DNA from: the human T2T-CHM13v2.0 reference genome, Homo sapiens
Direction: 5' to 3' (one strand)
Length of the DNA stretch: 64,000 nt
NCBI RefSeq assembly: GCF_009914755.1
Contig: NC_060927.1
Shown here: positions 14,201 through 28,680 of the stretch, piece by piece
Layout of the letters: the number at the start of each line of letters is the position of its first letter
How positions within the stretch are numbered: the first letter of the stretch is position 1
Notes under the pieces: model-generated
Database searches by the model: none
The model's input: only the letters and a program-made list of their open reading frames with translations
What the model was told of the DNA's origin: nothing
Made by a program: the position numbers and the translations under genes

Positions 14201-16140
14201 ACATAAAATATCAAAGTACCCAAGGTATATATTCTATACTGTACAAAAAATATCAAAGTACCCAAAGCATGTATTATATAATGTACATAAAATATGGAAG
14301 TACATCAAATATATATTTTATTCTGTACATAAAATATCAAAGAACACCAGACATATATTCTATAGTGTACATAAAATATCAAAGTACCCAAACTATACAT
14401 TATATACTGTACATAAAATATGAAATTACATCATATATATATTAGGTACATAAAATATGAAAGTACATCAAATATATATTTTATTCTGTACATAAAATAT
14501 CAAAGTACACCAGATATATATTCTATAGTGTACATAAAATAACAAAGTACACAAACTATAAATTATATACTGTACATAAAATATGAAATTACATCAAATA
14601 TATATTAGGTACATAAAATATGAAAGTACATCAAATATAGATTATATACTGTACATATAATATCAATGTACCCGAAATATATATTTTATACTCTACATGA
14701 AATATCAAAGTTCACAAACCATATATTGTATACTGCACATAAAATATCAAAATACCCAATGTATATATTCTATACTGTACAAAAAATATCAAAGTACCCA
14801 AAGCAGGTATTATATACTGTACATAAAATATGAAAGTACATCAAATATATATTTTATTCTGTACATAAAATATCAAAGTACACCAGATATATATTCTATA
14901 GTGTACATAAAATATCAAAGTACCCAAACTATACATTATATACTGTACATAAAATATGAAATTACATCAAATATATATTATATTAGGTACATAAAATACG
15001 AAAGTACATCAAATATAGATTATATACTGTACATAAAATATCAAAGTACCCCAATATATATTATATACTGTATATGAAATATCAAAGTTCACAAACTATA
15101 TATTATATACTGTACATAAAATATCAAAGTACCCAAGGTATATATTCTATAGTGTACAAAAAATATCAAAGTACCCAAAGCATGTATTATATACCGTACA
15201 TAAAATATAAAATTACATCAAATATATATTTTATTCTGTACATAAAATATCAAAGTACACCAGATATATATTCTATAGTGTACATAAAATATCAAAGTAC
15301 CCAAACTATACATTATACACTGTACATAAAATATGAAATTACATCAAATATATATTCGGTACATAAAATATGAAAGTACATCAAATATAGATTATATACT
15401 GTAAATATAATATCAATGTACCCCAAATATATATTTTATACTCTGCATGAAATATCAAAGTTCACAAACCATATATTATATACTGTACATAAAATATCAA
15501 AGTACCCAAGGTATATATTCTATACTGTACAAAAAATATCAAAGTACCGAAAGCATGTATTATATACTGTACATAAAATATGAAAGTACATCAAATATAT
15601 ATTTTATTCTGTACATAAAATATCAAAGTACACCAGATTTATATTCTATAGTGTACATAAAATATCAAAGTACCCAAACTATACATTATATACTGTACAT
15701 AAAATATGAAATTACATCAAATATATATTATATTAGGTACATGAAATATGAAAGAACATCAAATATAGATTATATACTGTACATAAAATATGAAAGTACC
15801 CCAAATATATATTATATACTCTACATGAAATATCAAAGTTCACCAACTATATATTATATACTGTACATAAAATATCAAAGTACCCAAGGTATATATTCTA
15901 TACTGTACAAAAAATATCAAAGTATCCAAAGCATGTATTATATACTGTATATAAAATATGAAAGTACATCAAATATATATTTTATTCTGTACATAAAATA
16001 TCAAAGTACACCAGATATATATTCTATAGTGTACATAAAATATCAAAGTCCCCAAACTATACATTATATACTGTACATAAAATATGAAATTACAGCAAAT
16101 ATATATTATATTAGGTACATAAAATATGAAAGTACATCAA
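11300..16140 (+). repeat. Tandem duplication, 2419-bp unit x2 (more diverged related partial copy follows to ~17400)
   Basis: Private variants recur 2419 bp apart: TTCTAATGTG 11562/13981, ATATGGAA ~11873/14292, ATATTCGGTAC ~12933/15352, GAAAGAACAT ~13331/15750, AAGTCCCCAAA ~13627/16046. ORF starts 11742/14161, 12278/14697, 12655/15074, 13028/15447. Confidence 0.9.
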
Positions 16141-19100
16141 ATATAGATTATATACTGTACATTAAATACCAAAGTACCCCAAATATATATTTTATACTGT
16201 ACATGAAATATCAAAGTTCACAAACTATATATTATATACTGTACATAAAATATCAATGTACCCAAGGTATATATACTATACTGCACAAAAAATATCAAAG
16301 TACCCAAAGCATGTATTATATACTGTATATAAAATATGAAAGTACATCAAATATATATTTTATTCTGTACATAAAATATAAAAGTACACCAGATATAAAT
16401 TCTATAGTGTACATAAAATATCAAAGTACCCAAACTATACATTATATACTGTATATAAAATATGAAATTACATCAAATATATATTATATTAGGTACATAA
16501 AATACGAAAGTACATCAAATATAGATTATATACTGTACATAAAATATCAAAGTACCCCAATATATATTATATACTGTACATGAAATATCAAAGTTCACAA
16601 ACTATATATTATGTACTGTACATAAAATATCAAAGTACCCAAGGTATATATTCTATACTGTACAAAAAATATCAAAGTACCCAAAGCATGTATTATATAA
16701 TGTACATAAAATATGAAAGTACATCAAATATATATTTTATTCTGTACATAAAATATCAAAGAACACCAGATGTATATTCTATAGTGTACATAAAATATCA
16801 AAGTACCCAAAGTATACATTATATACTGTACATAAAATATGAAATTACATCATATATATATTAGGTACATAAAATATGAAAGTACATCAAATATATATTT
16901 TATTCTGTACATAAAATATCAAAGTACACCAGATATATATTCTATAGTGTACATAAAATATCAAAGTACCCAAACTATACATTATACACTGTACATAAAA
17001 TATGAAATTACATCAAATATATATTAGGTACATAAAATATGAAAGTACATCAAATATAGATTATATACTGTACATATAATATCAATGTACCCGAAATATA
17101 TATTTTATACTCTACATGAAATATCAAAGTTCACAAACCATATATTGTATACTGCACATAAAATATCAAAATACCCAAGGTATATATTCTATACTGTACA
17201 AAAAATATCAAAGTACCCAAAGCAGGTATTATATACTGTACATAAAATATGAAAGTACATCAAATATATATTTTATTCTGTACATAAAATATCAAAGTAC
17301 ACCAGATATATATTCTATAGCGTACATAAAATATCAAAGTACACAAACTATACATTATATACTGTACATAAAATATGAAATTACATCAAATATATATTAT
17401 ATTAGGTACATAAAATATGAAAGTACATCAAATATAGATTATATACTGTACATATAATATCAATGTACCCCAAATATATATTTTATACTCTACATGAAAT
17501 ATCAAAGTTCACAAACCATATATTATATACTGTACATAAAATATCAAAGTACCCAAGGTATATATTCTATACTGTACAAAAAATATCAAAGTACCCAAAG
17601 CATGTATTATATACTGTACATAAAATATGAAAGTACATCAAATATATATTTTATTCTGTACATAAAATATCAAAGTACACCAGATATATATTCTATAGTG
17701 TACATAAAATATCAAAGTACCCAAACTATACATTATATACTGTACATAAAATATGAAATTACATCAAATATATATTATATTAGGTACATGAAATTTGAAA
17801 GTACATCAAATATAGATTATATACTGTACATAAAATATGAAAGTACCCCAAATATATATTATATACTCTACATGAAATATCAAAGTTCACAAACTATATA
17901 TTATATACTGTACATAAAATATCAAAGTACCCAAGGTATATATTCTATACTGTACAAAAAATATCAAAGTATCCAAAGCATGTATTATATACTGTATATA
18001 AAATATGAAAGTACATCAAATATATATTTTATTCTGTACATAAAATATCAAAGTACACCAGATATATATTCTATAGTGTACATAAAATATCAAAGTACCC
18101 AAACTATACATTATATACTGTACATAAAATATGAAATTACAGCAAATATATATTATATTAGGTACATAAAATATGAAAGTACATCAAATATAGATTATAT
18201 ACTCTACATTAAATACCAAAGTACCCCAAATATATATTTTATACTGTACATGAAATATCAAAGTTCACAAACTATATATTATATACTGTACATAAAATAT
18301 CAATGTACCCAAGGTATATATTCTATACTGCACAAAAAATATCAAAGTACCCAAAGCATGTATTATATACTGTATATAAAATATGAAAGTACATCAAATA
18401 TATATTTTATTCTGTACATAAAATATCAAAGTACACCAGATATATATTCTATAGTGTACATAAAATATCAAAGTACCCAAACTATACATTATATACTGTA
18501 CATAAAATATGAAATTACATCAAATATATATTATATTAGGTACATAAAATACGAAAGTACATCAAATATAGATTATATACTGTACATAAAATATGAAAGT
18601 ACCCCAATATATATTATATACTCTACATGAAATATCAAAGTTCACAAACTATATATTATGTACTGTACATAAAATATCAAACTACCCAAGGTATATATTC
18701 TATACTGTACAAAAAATATCAAAGTACCCAAAGCATGTATTATATAATGTACATAAAATATGAAAGTACATCAAATATAGATTATATACTGTACATAAAA
18801 TATCAAAGAACACCAGATATATATTCTATAGTGTACATAAAATATCAAAGTACCCAAACTATACATTATATACTGTACATGAAATATGAAATTACAGCAA
18901 ATATATATTATATTAGGTACATAAAATATGAAAGTACATCAAATATAGATTATATACTGTACATTAAATACCAAAGTACCCCAAATATATATTTTATACT
19001 GTACATGAAATATCAAAGTTCACAAACTATATATTATATACTGTACATAAAATATCAATGTACCCAAGGTATATATTCTATACTGCACAAAAAATATCAA

Positions 19101-20679
19101 AGTACCCAAAGCATGTATTATATACTGTATATAAAATATGAAAGTACATCAAATATATATTTTATTCTGTACATAAAATATCAAAGTACACCAGATATAT
19201 ATTCTATAGTGTACATAAAATAACAAAGTACACAAACTATAAATTATATCCTGTACATAAAATATGAAATTACATCAAATATATATTAGGTACATAAAAT
19301 ATGAAAGTACATCAAATATAGATTATATACTGTACATTAAGTACCAAAGTACACCAAATATATATTTTATTCTGTACATAAAATATCAAAGTACACCAGA
19401 TATATATTCTATAGTGTACATAAAATATCAAAGTACCCAAACTATACATTATATACTGTACATAAAATATGAAATTACATCAAATATATATTATATTAGG
19501 TAAATGAAATATGAAAGTACATCAAATATAGATTATATACTGTACATGAAATATGAAAGTACCCCAAATATATATTATATACTCTACATGAAATATCAAA
19601 GTTCACAAACTATATATTATATACTGTACATAAAATATCAAAGTACCCAAGGTATATATTCTATACTGTACAAAAAATATCAAAGTATCCAAAGCATGTA
19701 TTATATACTGTATATAAAATATGAAAGTACATCAAATATATATTTTATTCTGTACATAAAATATCAAAGTACACCAGATATATATTCTATAGTGTACATA
19801 AAATATCAAAGTACCCAAACTATACATTATATACTGTACATAAAATATGAAATTACAGCAAATATATATTATATTAGGTACATAAAATATGAAAGTACAT
19901 CAAATATAGATTATATACTCTACATTAAATACCAAAGTACCCCAAATATATATTTTATTCTGTACATGAAATATCAAAGTTCACAAACTATATATTATAT
20001 ACTGTACATAAAATATCAATGTACCCAAGGTATATATTCTATACTGCACAAAAAATATCAAAGTACCCAAAGCATGTATTATATACTGTATATAAAATAT
20101 GAAAGTACATCAAATATATATTTTATTCTGTACATAAAATATCAAAGTACACCAGATATATATTCTATAGTGTACATAAAATATCAAAGTACCCAAACTA
20201 TACATTATATACTGTACATAAAATATGAAATTACATCAAATATATATTATATTAGGTACATAAAATACGAAAGTACATCAAATATAGATTATATACTGTA
20301 CATAAAATATGAAAGTACCCCAATATATATTATATACTCTACATGAAATATCAAAGTTCACAAACTATATATTATGTACTGTACATAAAATATCAAACTA
20401 CCCAAGGTATATATTCTATACTGTACAAAAAATATCAAAGTACCCAAAGCATGTATTATATAATGTACATAAAATATGAAAGTACATCAAATATATATTT
20501 TATTCTGTACATAAAATATCAAAGAACACCAGATATATATTCTATAGTGTACATAAAATATCAAAGTACCCAAACTATACATTATATACTGTTCATAAAA
20601 TATGAAATTACAGCAAATATATATTATATTAGGTACATAAAATATGAAAGTACATCAAATATAGATTATATACTGTAAA

Positions 20680-22430
20680 TATAATATCAATGTACCCCAA
20701 ATATATATTTTATACTCTACATGAAATATCAAAGTTCACAAACCATATATTATATACTGTACATAAAATATCAAAGTACCCAAGGTATATATTCTATACT
20801 GTACAAAAAATATCAAAGTACCCAAAGCATGTATTATATACTGTACATAAAATATGAAAGTACATCAAATATATATTTTATTCTGTACATAAAATATCAA
20901 AGTACACCAGATATATATTCTATAGTGTACATAAAATATCAAAGTACCCAAACTATACATTATATACTGTACATAAAATATGAAATTACATCAAATATAT
21001 ATTATATTAGGTAAATGAAATATGAAAGTACATCAAATATAGATTATATACTGTACATAAAATATGAAAGTACCCCAAATATATATTATATACTCTACAT
21101 GAAATATCAATGTTCACAAACTATATATTATATACTGTCCATAAAATATCAAAGTACCCAAGGTATATATTTTATACTGTACAAAAAATATCAAAGTACC
21201 CAAAGCATGTATTATATACTATACCTAAAATATGAAAGTACATCAAATATATATTTTATTCTGTACATAAAATATCAAAGTACACCAGATATATATACTA
21301 TAGTGTACATAAAATATCAAAGTACCCAAACTATACATTATACACTGCACATAAAATATGAAATTACATCAAATATATATTAGGTACATAAAATATGAAA
21401 GTACATCAAATATAGATTATATACTGTAAATATAATATCAATGTACCCCAAATATATATTTTATACTCTACATGAAATATCAAAGTTCACAAACCATATA
21501 TTATATACTGTACATAAAATATCAAAGTACCCAAGGTATATATTCTATACTGTACAAAAAATATCAAAGTACCCAAAGCATGTATTATATACTGTACATA
21601 AAATATGAAAGTACATCAAATATATATTTTATTCTGTACATAAAATATCAAAGTACACCAGATATATATTCTATAGTGTACATAAAATATCAAAGTACCC
21701 AAACTATACATTATATACTGTACATAAAATATGAAATTACATCAAATATATATTATATTAGGTAAATGAAATATGAAAGTACATCAAATATAGATTATAT
21801 ACTGTACATAAAATATGAAAGTACCCCAAATATATATTATATACTCTACATGAAATATCAAAGTTCACAAACTATATATTATATACTGTCCATAAAATAT
21901 CAAAGTACCCCAGGTATATATTTTATACTGTACAAAAAATATCAAAGTACCCAAAGCATGTATTATATACTATACCTAAAATATGAAAGTACATCAAATA
22001 TATATTTTATTCTGTACATAAAATATCAAAGTACACCAGATATATATACTATAGTGTACATAAAATATCAAAGTACCCAAACTATACATTATACACTGCA
22101 CATAAAATATGAAATTACATCAAATATATATTAGGTACATAAAATATGAAAGTACATCAAATATAGATTATATACTGTAAATATAATATCAATGTACCCC
22201 AAATATATATTTTATACTCTACATGAAATATCAAAGTTCACAAACCATATATTATATACTGTACATAAAATATCAAAGTACCCAAGGTATATATTCTATA
22301 CTGTACAAAAAATATCAAAGTACCCAAAGCATGTATTATATACTGTACATAAAATATGAAAGTACATCAAATATATATTTTATTCTGTACATAAAATATC
22401 AAAGTACACCAGATATATATTCTATAGTGT
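20680..22430 (+). repeat. Tandem duplication, 751-bp (two-HOR) unit x~2.3; also present at ~31650-33400
   Basis: ORF starts 20721/21472/22223 and 21015/21766, and 31694/32445/33196 and 31988/32739. The unit carries CTGTCCAT, CTATACCTAA, ATACTATAG, ACACTGCAC and a 37-bp monomer. Confidence 0.85.
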
Positions 22431-22805
22431 ACATAAAATAACAAAGTACACAAACTATAAATTATATCCTGTACATAAAATATGAAATTACATCAAATAT
22501 ATATTAGGTACATAAAATATGAAAGTACATCAAATATAGATTATATACTGTACATTAAGTGCCAAAGTACACCAAATATATATTTTATTCTGTACATAAA
22601 ATATCAAAGTACACCAGATATATATTCTATAGTGTACATAAAATATCAAAGTACCCAAACTATACATTATATACTGTACATAAAATATGAAATTACAGCA
22701 AATATATATTATATTAGGTACATAAAATATGAAAGTACATCAAATATAGATTATATACTCTACATTAAATACCAAAGTACCCCAAATATATATTTTATAC
22801 TGTAC
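22223..22805 (+). repeat. 14-mer HOR variant (583 bp) with a hybrid monomer 9/4; hybrid marker CATTAAGT(A/G)CC at 1, 19335, 22553, 28802, 33526, 37130, 38468, 40180, 48626, 51475, 58242, 61455
   Basis: Landmark spacing 22223->22806 and 19005->19588 is 583 = 14x42-5. After monomer 8 a monomer begins like monomer 9 (CATTAA..CCAAAG) and ends like monomer 4 (TTTTATTCTG), then monomers 5-9 repeat. Confidence 0.88.
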
Positions 22806-25800
22806 ATGAAATATCAAAGTTCACAAACTATATATTATATACTGTACATAAAATATCAATGTACCCAAGGTATATATTCTATACTGCACAAAAAATATCA
22901 AAGTACCCAAAGCATGTATTATATACTGTATATAAAATATGAAAGTACATCAAATATATATTTTATTCTGTACATAAAATATCAAAGTACACCAGATATA
23001 TATTCTATAGTGTACATAAAATATCAAAGTACCCAAACTATACATTATATACTGTACATAAAATATGAAATTACATCAAATATATATTATATTAGGTACA
23101 TAAAATACGAAAGTACATCAAATATAGATTATATACTGTACATAAAATATGAAAGTACCCCAATATATATTATATACTCTACATGAAATATCAAAGTTCA
23201 CAAACTATATATTATGTACTGTACATAAAATATCAAACTACCCAAGGTATATATTCTATACTGTACAAAAAATATCAAAGTACCCAAAGCATGTATTATA
23301 TAATGTACATAAAATATGAAAGTACATCAAATATATATTTTATTCTGTACATAAAATATCAAAGAACACCAGATATATATTCTATAGTGTACATAAAATA
23401 TCAAAGTACCCAAACTATACATTATATACTGTACATAAAATATGAAATTACCTCAAATATATATTATATTAGGTACATAAAATATGAAAGTACATCAAAT
23501 ATAGATTATATACTGTAAATATAATATCAATGTACCCCAAATATATATTTTATACTCTACATGAAATATCAAAGTTCACAAACCATATATTATATACTGT
23601 ACATAAAATATCAAAGTACCCAAGGTATATATTCTATACTGTACAAAAAATATCAAAGTACCCAAAGCATGTATTATATACTGTACATAAAATATGAAAG
23701 TACATCAAATATATATTTTATTCTGTACATAAAATATCAAAGTACACCAGATATATATTCTATAGTGTACATAAAATATCAAAGTACCCAAACTATACAT
23801 TATATACTGTACATAAAATATGAAATTACATCAAATATATATTATATTAGGTACATAAAATATGAAAGTACATCAAATATAGATTATATACTGTAAATAT
23901 AATATCAATGTACCCCAAATATATATTTTATACTCTACATGAAATATCAAAGTTCACAAACCATATATTATATACTGTACATAAAATATCAAAGTACCCA
24001 AGGTATATATTCTATACTGTACAAAAAATATCAAAGTACCCAAAGCATGTATTATATACTATACCTAAAAAATGAAAGTGCATCAAATATATATTTTATT
24101 CTGTACATAAAATATCAAAGTACACCAGATATATATTCTACAGTGTACATAAAATATCAAAGTACCCAAACTATACATTATATACTGTACATAAAATATG
24201 AAATTACATCAAATATATATTATATTAGGTACATAAAATACGAAAGTACATCAAATATAGATTATATACTGTACATAAAATATCAAAGTACCCCAATATA
24301 TATTATATACTGTACATGAAATATCAAAGTTCACAAACTATATATTATGTACTGTACATAAAATATCAAAGTACCCAAGGTATATATTCTATACTGTACA
24401 AAAAATATCAAAGTACCCAAAGCATGTATTATATAATGTACATAAAATATGAAAGTACATCAAATATATATTTTATTCTGTACATAAAATATCAAAGTAC
24501 ACCAGATATATATTCTATAGCGTACATAAAATATCAAAGTACACAAACTATACATTATATACTGTACATAAAATATGAAATTACATCAAATATATATTAT
24601 ATTAGGTAAATGAAATATGAAAGTACATCAAATATAGATTATATACTGTACATAAAATATGAAAGTACCCCAAATGTATATTATATACTCTACATGAAAT
24701 ATCAAAGTTCACAAACTATATATTATATACTGTACATAAAATATCAAAGTACCCAAGGTATATATTCTATACTGTACAAAAAATATCAAAGTATCCAAAG
24801 CATGTATTATATACTGTATATAAAATATGAAAGTACATCAAATATATATTTTATTCTGTACATAAAATATCAAAGTACACCAGATATATATTCTATAGCG
24901 TACATAAAATATCAAAGTACACAAACTGTACATTATATACTGTACATAAAATATGAAATTACATCAAATATATATTATATTAGGTACATAAAATATGAAA
25001 GTACATCAAATATAGATTATATACTGTAAATATAATATCAATGTACCCCAAATATATATTTTATACTCTACATGAAATATCAAAGTTCACAAACCATATA
25101 TTATATACTGTACATAAAATATCAAAGTACCCAAGGTATATATTCTAAACTGTACAAAAAATATCAAAGTACCCAAAGCATGTATTATATACTGTACATA
25201 AAATATGAAAGTACATCAAATATATATTTTATTCTGTACATAAAATATCAAAGTACACCAGATATATATTCTATAGTGTACATAAAATATCAAAGTACCC
25301 AAACTATACATTATATACTGTACATAAAATATGAAATTACATCAAATATATATTATATTAGGTAAATGAAATATGAAAGTACATCAAATATAGATTATAT
25401 ACTGTACATAAAATATGAAAGTACCCCAAATATATATTATATACTCTACATGAAATATCAAAGTTCACAAACTATATATTATATACTGTACATAAAATAT
25501 CAATGTTCCCAAGGTATATATTCTATACTGCACAAAAAATATCAAAGTACCCAAAGCATGTATTATATACTGTATATAAAATATGAAAGTACATCAAATA
25601 TATATTTTATTCTGTACATAAAATATCAAAGTACACCAGATATATATTCTATAGTGTACATAAAATATCCAAGTACCCAAACTATACATTATATACTGTA
25701 CATAAAATATGAAATTACATCAAATATATATTATATTAGGTACATAAAATACGAAAGTACATCAAATATAGATTATATACTGTAAATATAATATCAATGT

Positions 25801-28680
25801 ACCCCAAATATATATTTTATACTGTACATGAAATATCAAAGTTCACAAACCATATATTATATACTGTACATAAAATATCAAAGTACCCAAGGTATATATT
25901 CTATACTGTAGAAAAAATATCAAAGTACCCAAAGCATGTATTATATACTATACCTAAAATATGAAAGTACATCAAATATATATTTTATTCTGTACATAAA
26001 ATATCAAAGTACACCAGATATATATTCTACAGTGTACATAAAATATCAAAGTACCCAAACTATACATTATATACTGTACATAAAATATGAAATTACATCA
26101 AATATATATTATATTAGGTACATAAAATACGAAAGTACATCAAATATAGATTATATACTGTACATAAAATATCAAAGTACCCCAATATATATTATATACT
26201 GTACATGAAATATCAAAGTTCACAAACTATATATTATGTACTGTACATAAAATATCAAAGTACCGAAGGTATATATTCTATACTGTACAAAAAATATCAA
26301 AGTACCCAAAGCATGTATTATATAATGTACATAAAATATGAAAGTACATCAAATATATATTTTATTCTGTACATAAAATATCAAAGTACACCAGATATAT
26401 ATTCTATAGCGTACATAAAATATCAAAGTACACAAACTATACATTATATACTGTACATAAAATATGAAATTACATCAAATATATATTATATTAGGTAAAT
26501 GAAATATGAAAGTACATCAAATATAGATTATATACTGTACATAAAATATGAAAGTACCCCAAATATATATTATATACTCTACATGAAATATCAAAGTTCA
26601 CAAACTATATATTATATACTGTACATAAAATATCAAAGTACCCAAGGTATATATTCTATAGTGTACAAAAAATATCAAAGTATCCAAAGCATGTATTATA
26701 TACTGTGTATAAAATATGAAAGTACATCAAATATATATTTTATTCTGTACATAAAATATCAAAGTACACCAGATATATATTCTATAGCGTACATAAAATA
26801 TCAAAGTACACAAACTATACATTATATACTGTACATAAAATATGAAATTACATCAAATATATATTATATTAGGTACATAAAATATGAAAGTACATCAAAT
26901 ATAGATTATATACTGTACATATAATATCAATGAACCCCAAATATATATTTTATACTCTACATGAAATATCAAAGTTCACAAACCATATATTATATACTGT
27001 ACATAAAATATCAAAGTACCCAAGGTATATATTCTATACTGTACAAAAAATATCAAAGTACCCAAAGCATGTATTATATACTGTACATAAAATATGAAAG
27101 TACATCAAATATATATTTTATTCTGTACATAAAGTATCAAAGTACACCAGATATATATTCTATAGTGTACATAAAATATCAAAGTACCCAAACTATACAT
27201 TATATACTGTACATAAAATATGAAATTACATCAAATATATATTATATTAGGTAAATGAAATATGAAAGTACATCAAATATAGATTATATACTGTACATAA
27301 AATATGAAAGTACCCCAAAAATATATTATATACTCTACATGAAATATCAAAGTTCACAAACTATATTTTATATACTGTACATAAAATATCAAAGTACCCA
27401 AGGTATATATTCTATACTGTACAAAAAATATCAAAGTATCCAAAGCATGTATTATATAGTGTATATAAAATATGAAAGTACATCAAATATATATTTTATT
27501 CTGTACATAAAATATCAAAGTACACCAGATATATATTCTATAGTGTACATAAAATATCAAAGTACCCAAGCTATACATTATATACTGTACATAAAATATG
27601 AAATTACAGCAAATATATATTATATTAGGTACATAAAATATGAAAGTACATCAAATATAGATTATATACTCTACATTAAATACCAAAGTACCCCAAATAT
27701 ATATTTTATACTGTATATGAAATATCAAAGTTCACAAACTATATATTATATACTGTACATAAAATATCAATGTACCCAAGGTATATATTCTATACTGCAC
27801 AAAAAATATCAAAGTACCCAAAGCATGTATTATATACTGTATATAAAATATGAAAGTACATCAAATATATATTTTATTCTGTACATAAAATATCAAAGTA
27901 CACCAGATATATATTCTATAGTGTACATAAAATATCAAAGTACCCAAACTATACATTATATACTGTACATAAAATATGAAATTACATCAAATATATATTA
28001 TATTAGGTACATAAAATACGAAAGTACATCAAATATAGATTATATACTGTACATAAAATATGAAAGTACCCCAATATATATTATATACTCTACATGAAAT
28101 ATCAAAGTTCACAAACTATATATTATGTACTGTACATAAAATATCAAACTACCCAAGGTATATATTCTATACTGTACAAAAAATATCAAAGTACCCAAAG
28201 CATGTATTATATAATGTACATAAAATATGAAAGTACATCAAATATATATTTTATTCTGTACATAAAATATCAAAGAACACCAGATATATATTCTATAGTG
28301 TACATAAAATATCAAAGTACCCAAACTATACATTATATACTGTACATAAAATATGAAATTACAGCAAATATATATTATATTAGGTACATAAAATATGAAA
28401 GTACATCAAATATAGATTATATACTGTACATTAAATACCAAAGTACCCCAAATATATATTTTATACTGTACATGAAATATCAAAGTTCACAAACTATATA
28501 TTATATACTGTACATAAAATATCAATGTACCCAAGGTATATATTCTATACTGCACAAAAAATATCAAAGTACCCAAAGCATGTATTATATACTGTATATA
28601 AAATATGAAAGTACATCAAATATATATTTTATTCTGTACATAAAATATCAAAGTACACCAGATATATATTCTATAGTGTA
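22553..28680 (+). repeat. Dispersed block copy of ~1-6500 (offset 22552, then 22174 after loss of one 378-bp HOR)
   Basis: Shared rare variants: CATTAAGTGCC 1/22553, AAACTGTACATT ~2371/24923, TTCTAAACTG ~2591/25143, then CTGTAGAAAA ~3732/25906, ACCGAAGG ~4088/26262, GTGTATAAAA ~4531/26705, CATAAAGTATC ~4954/27128. Confidence 0.87.
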
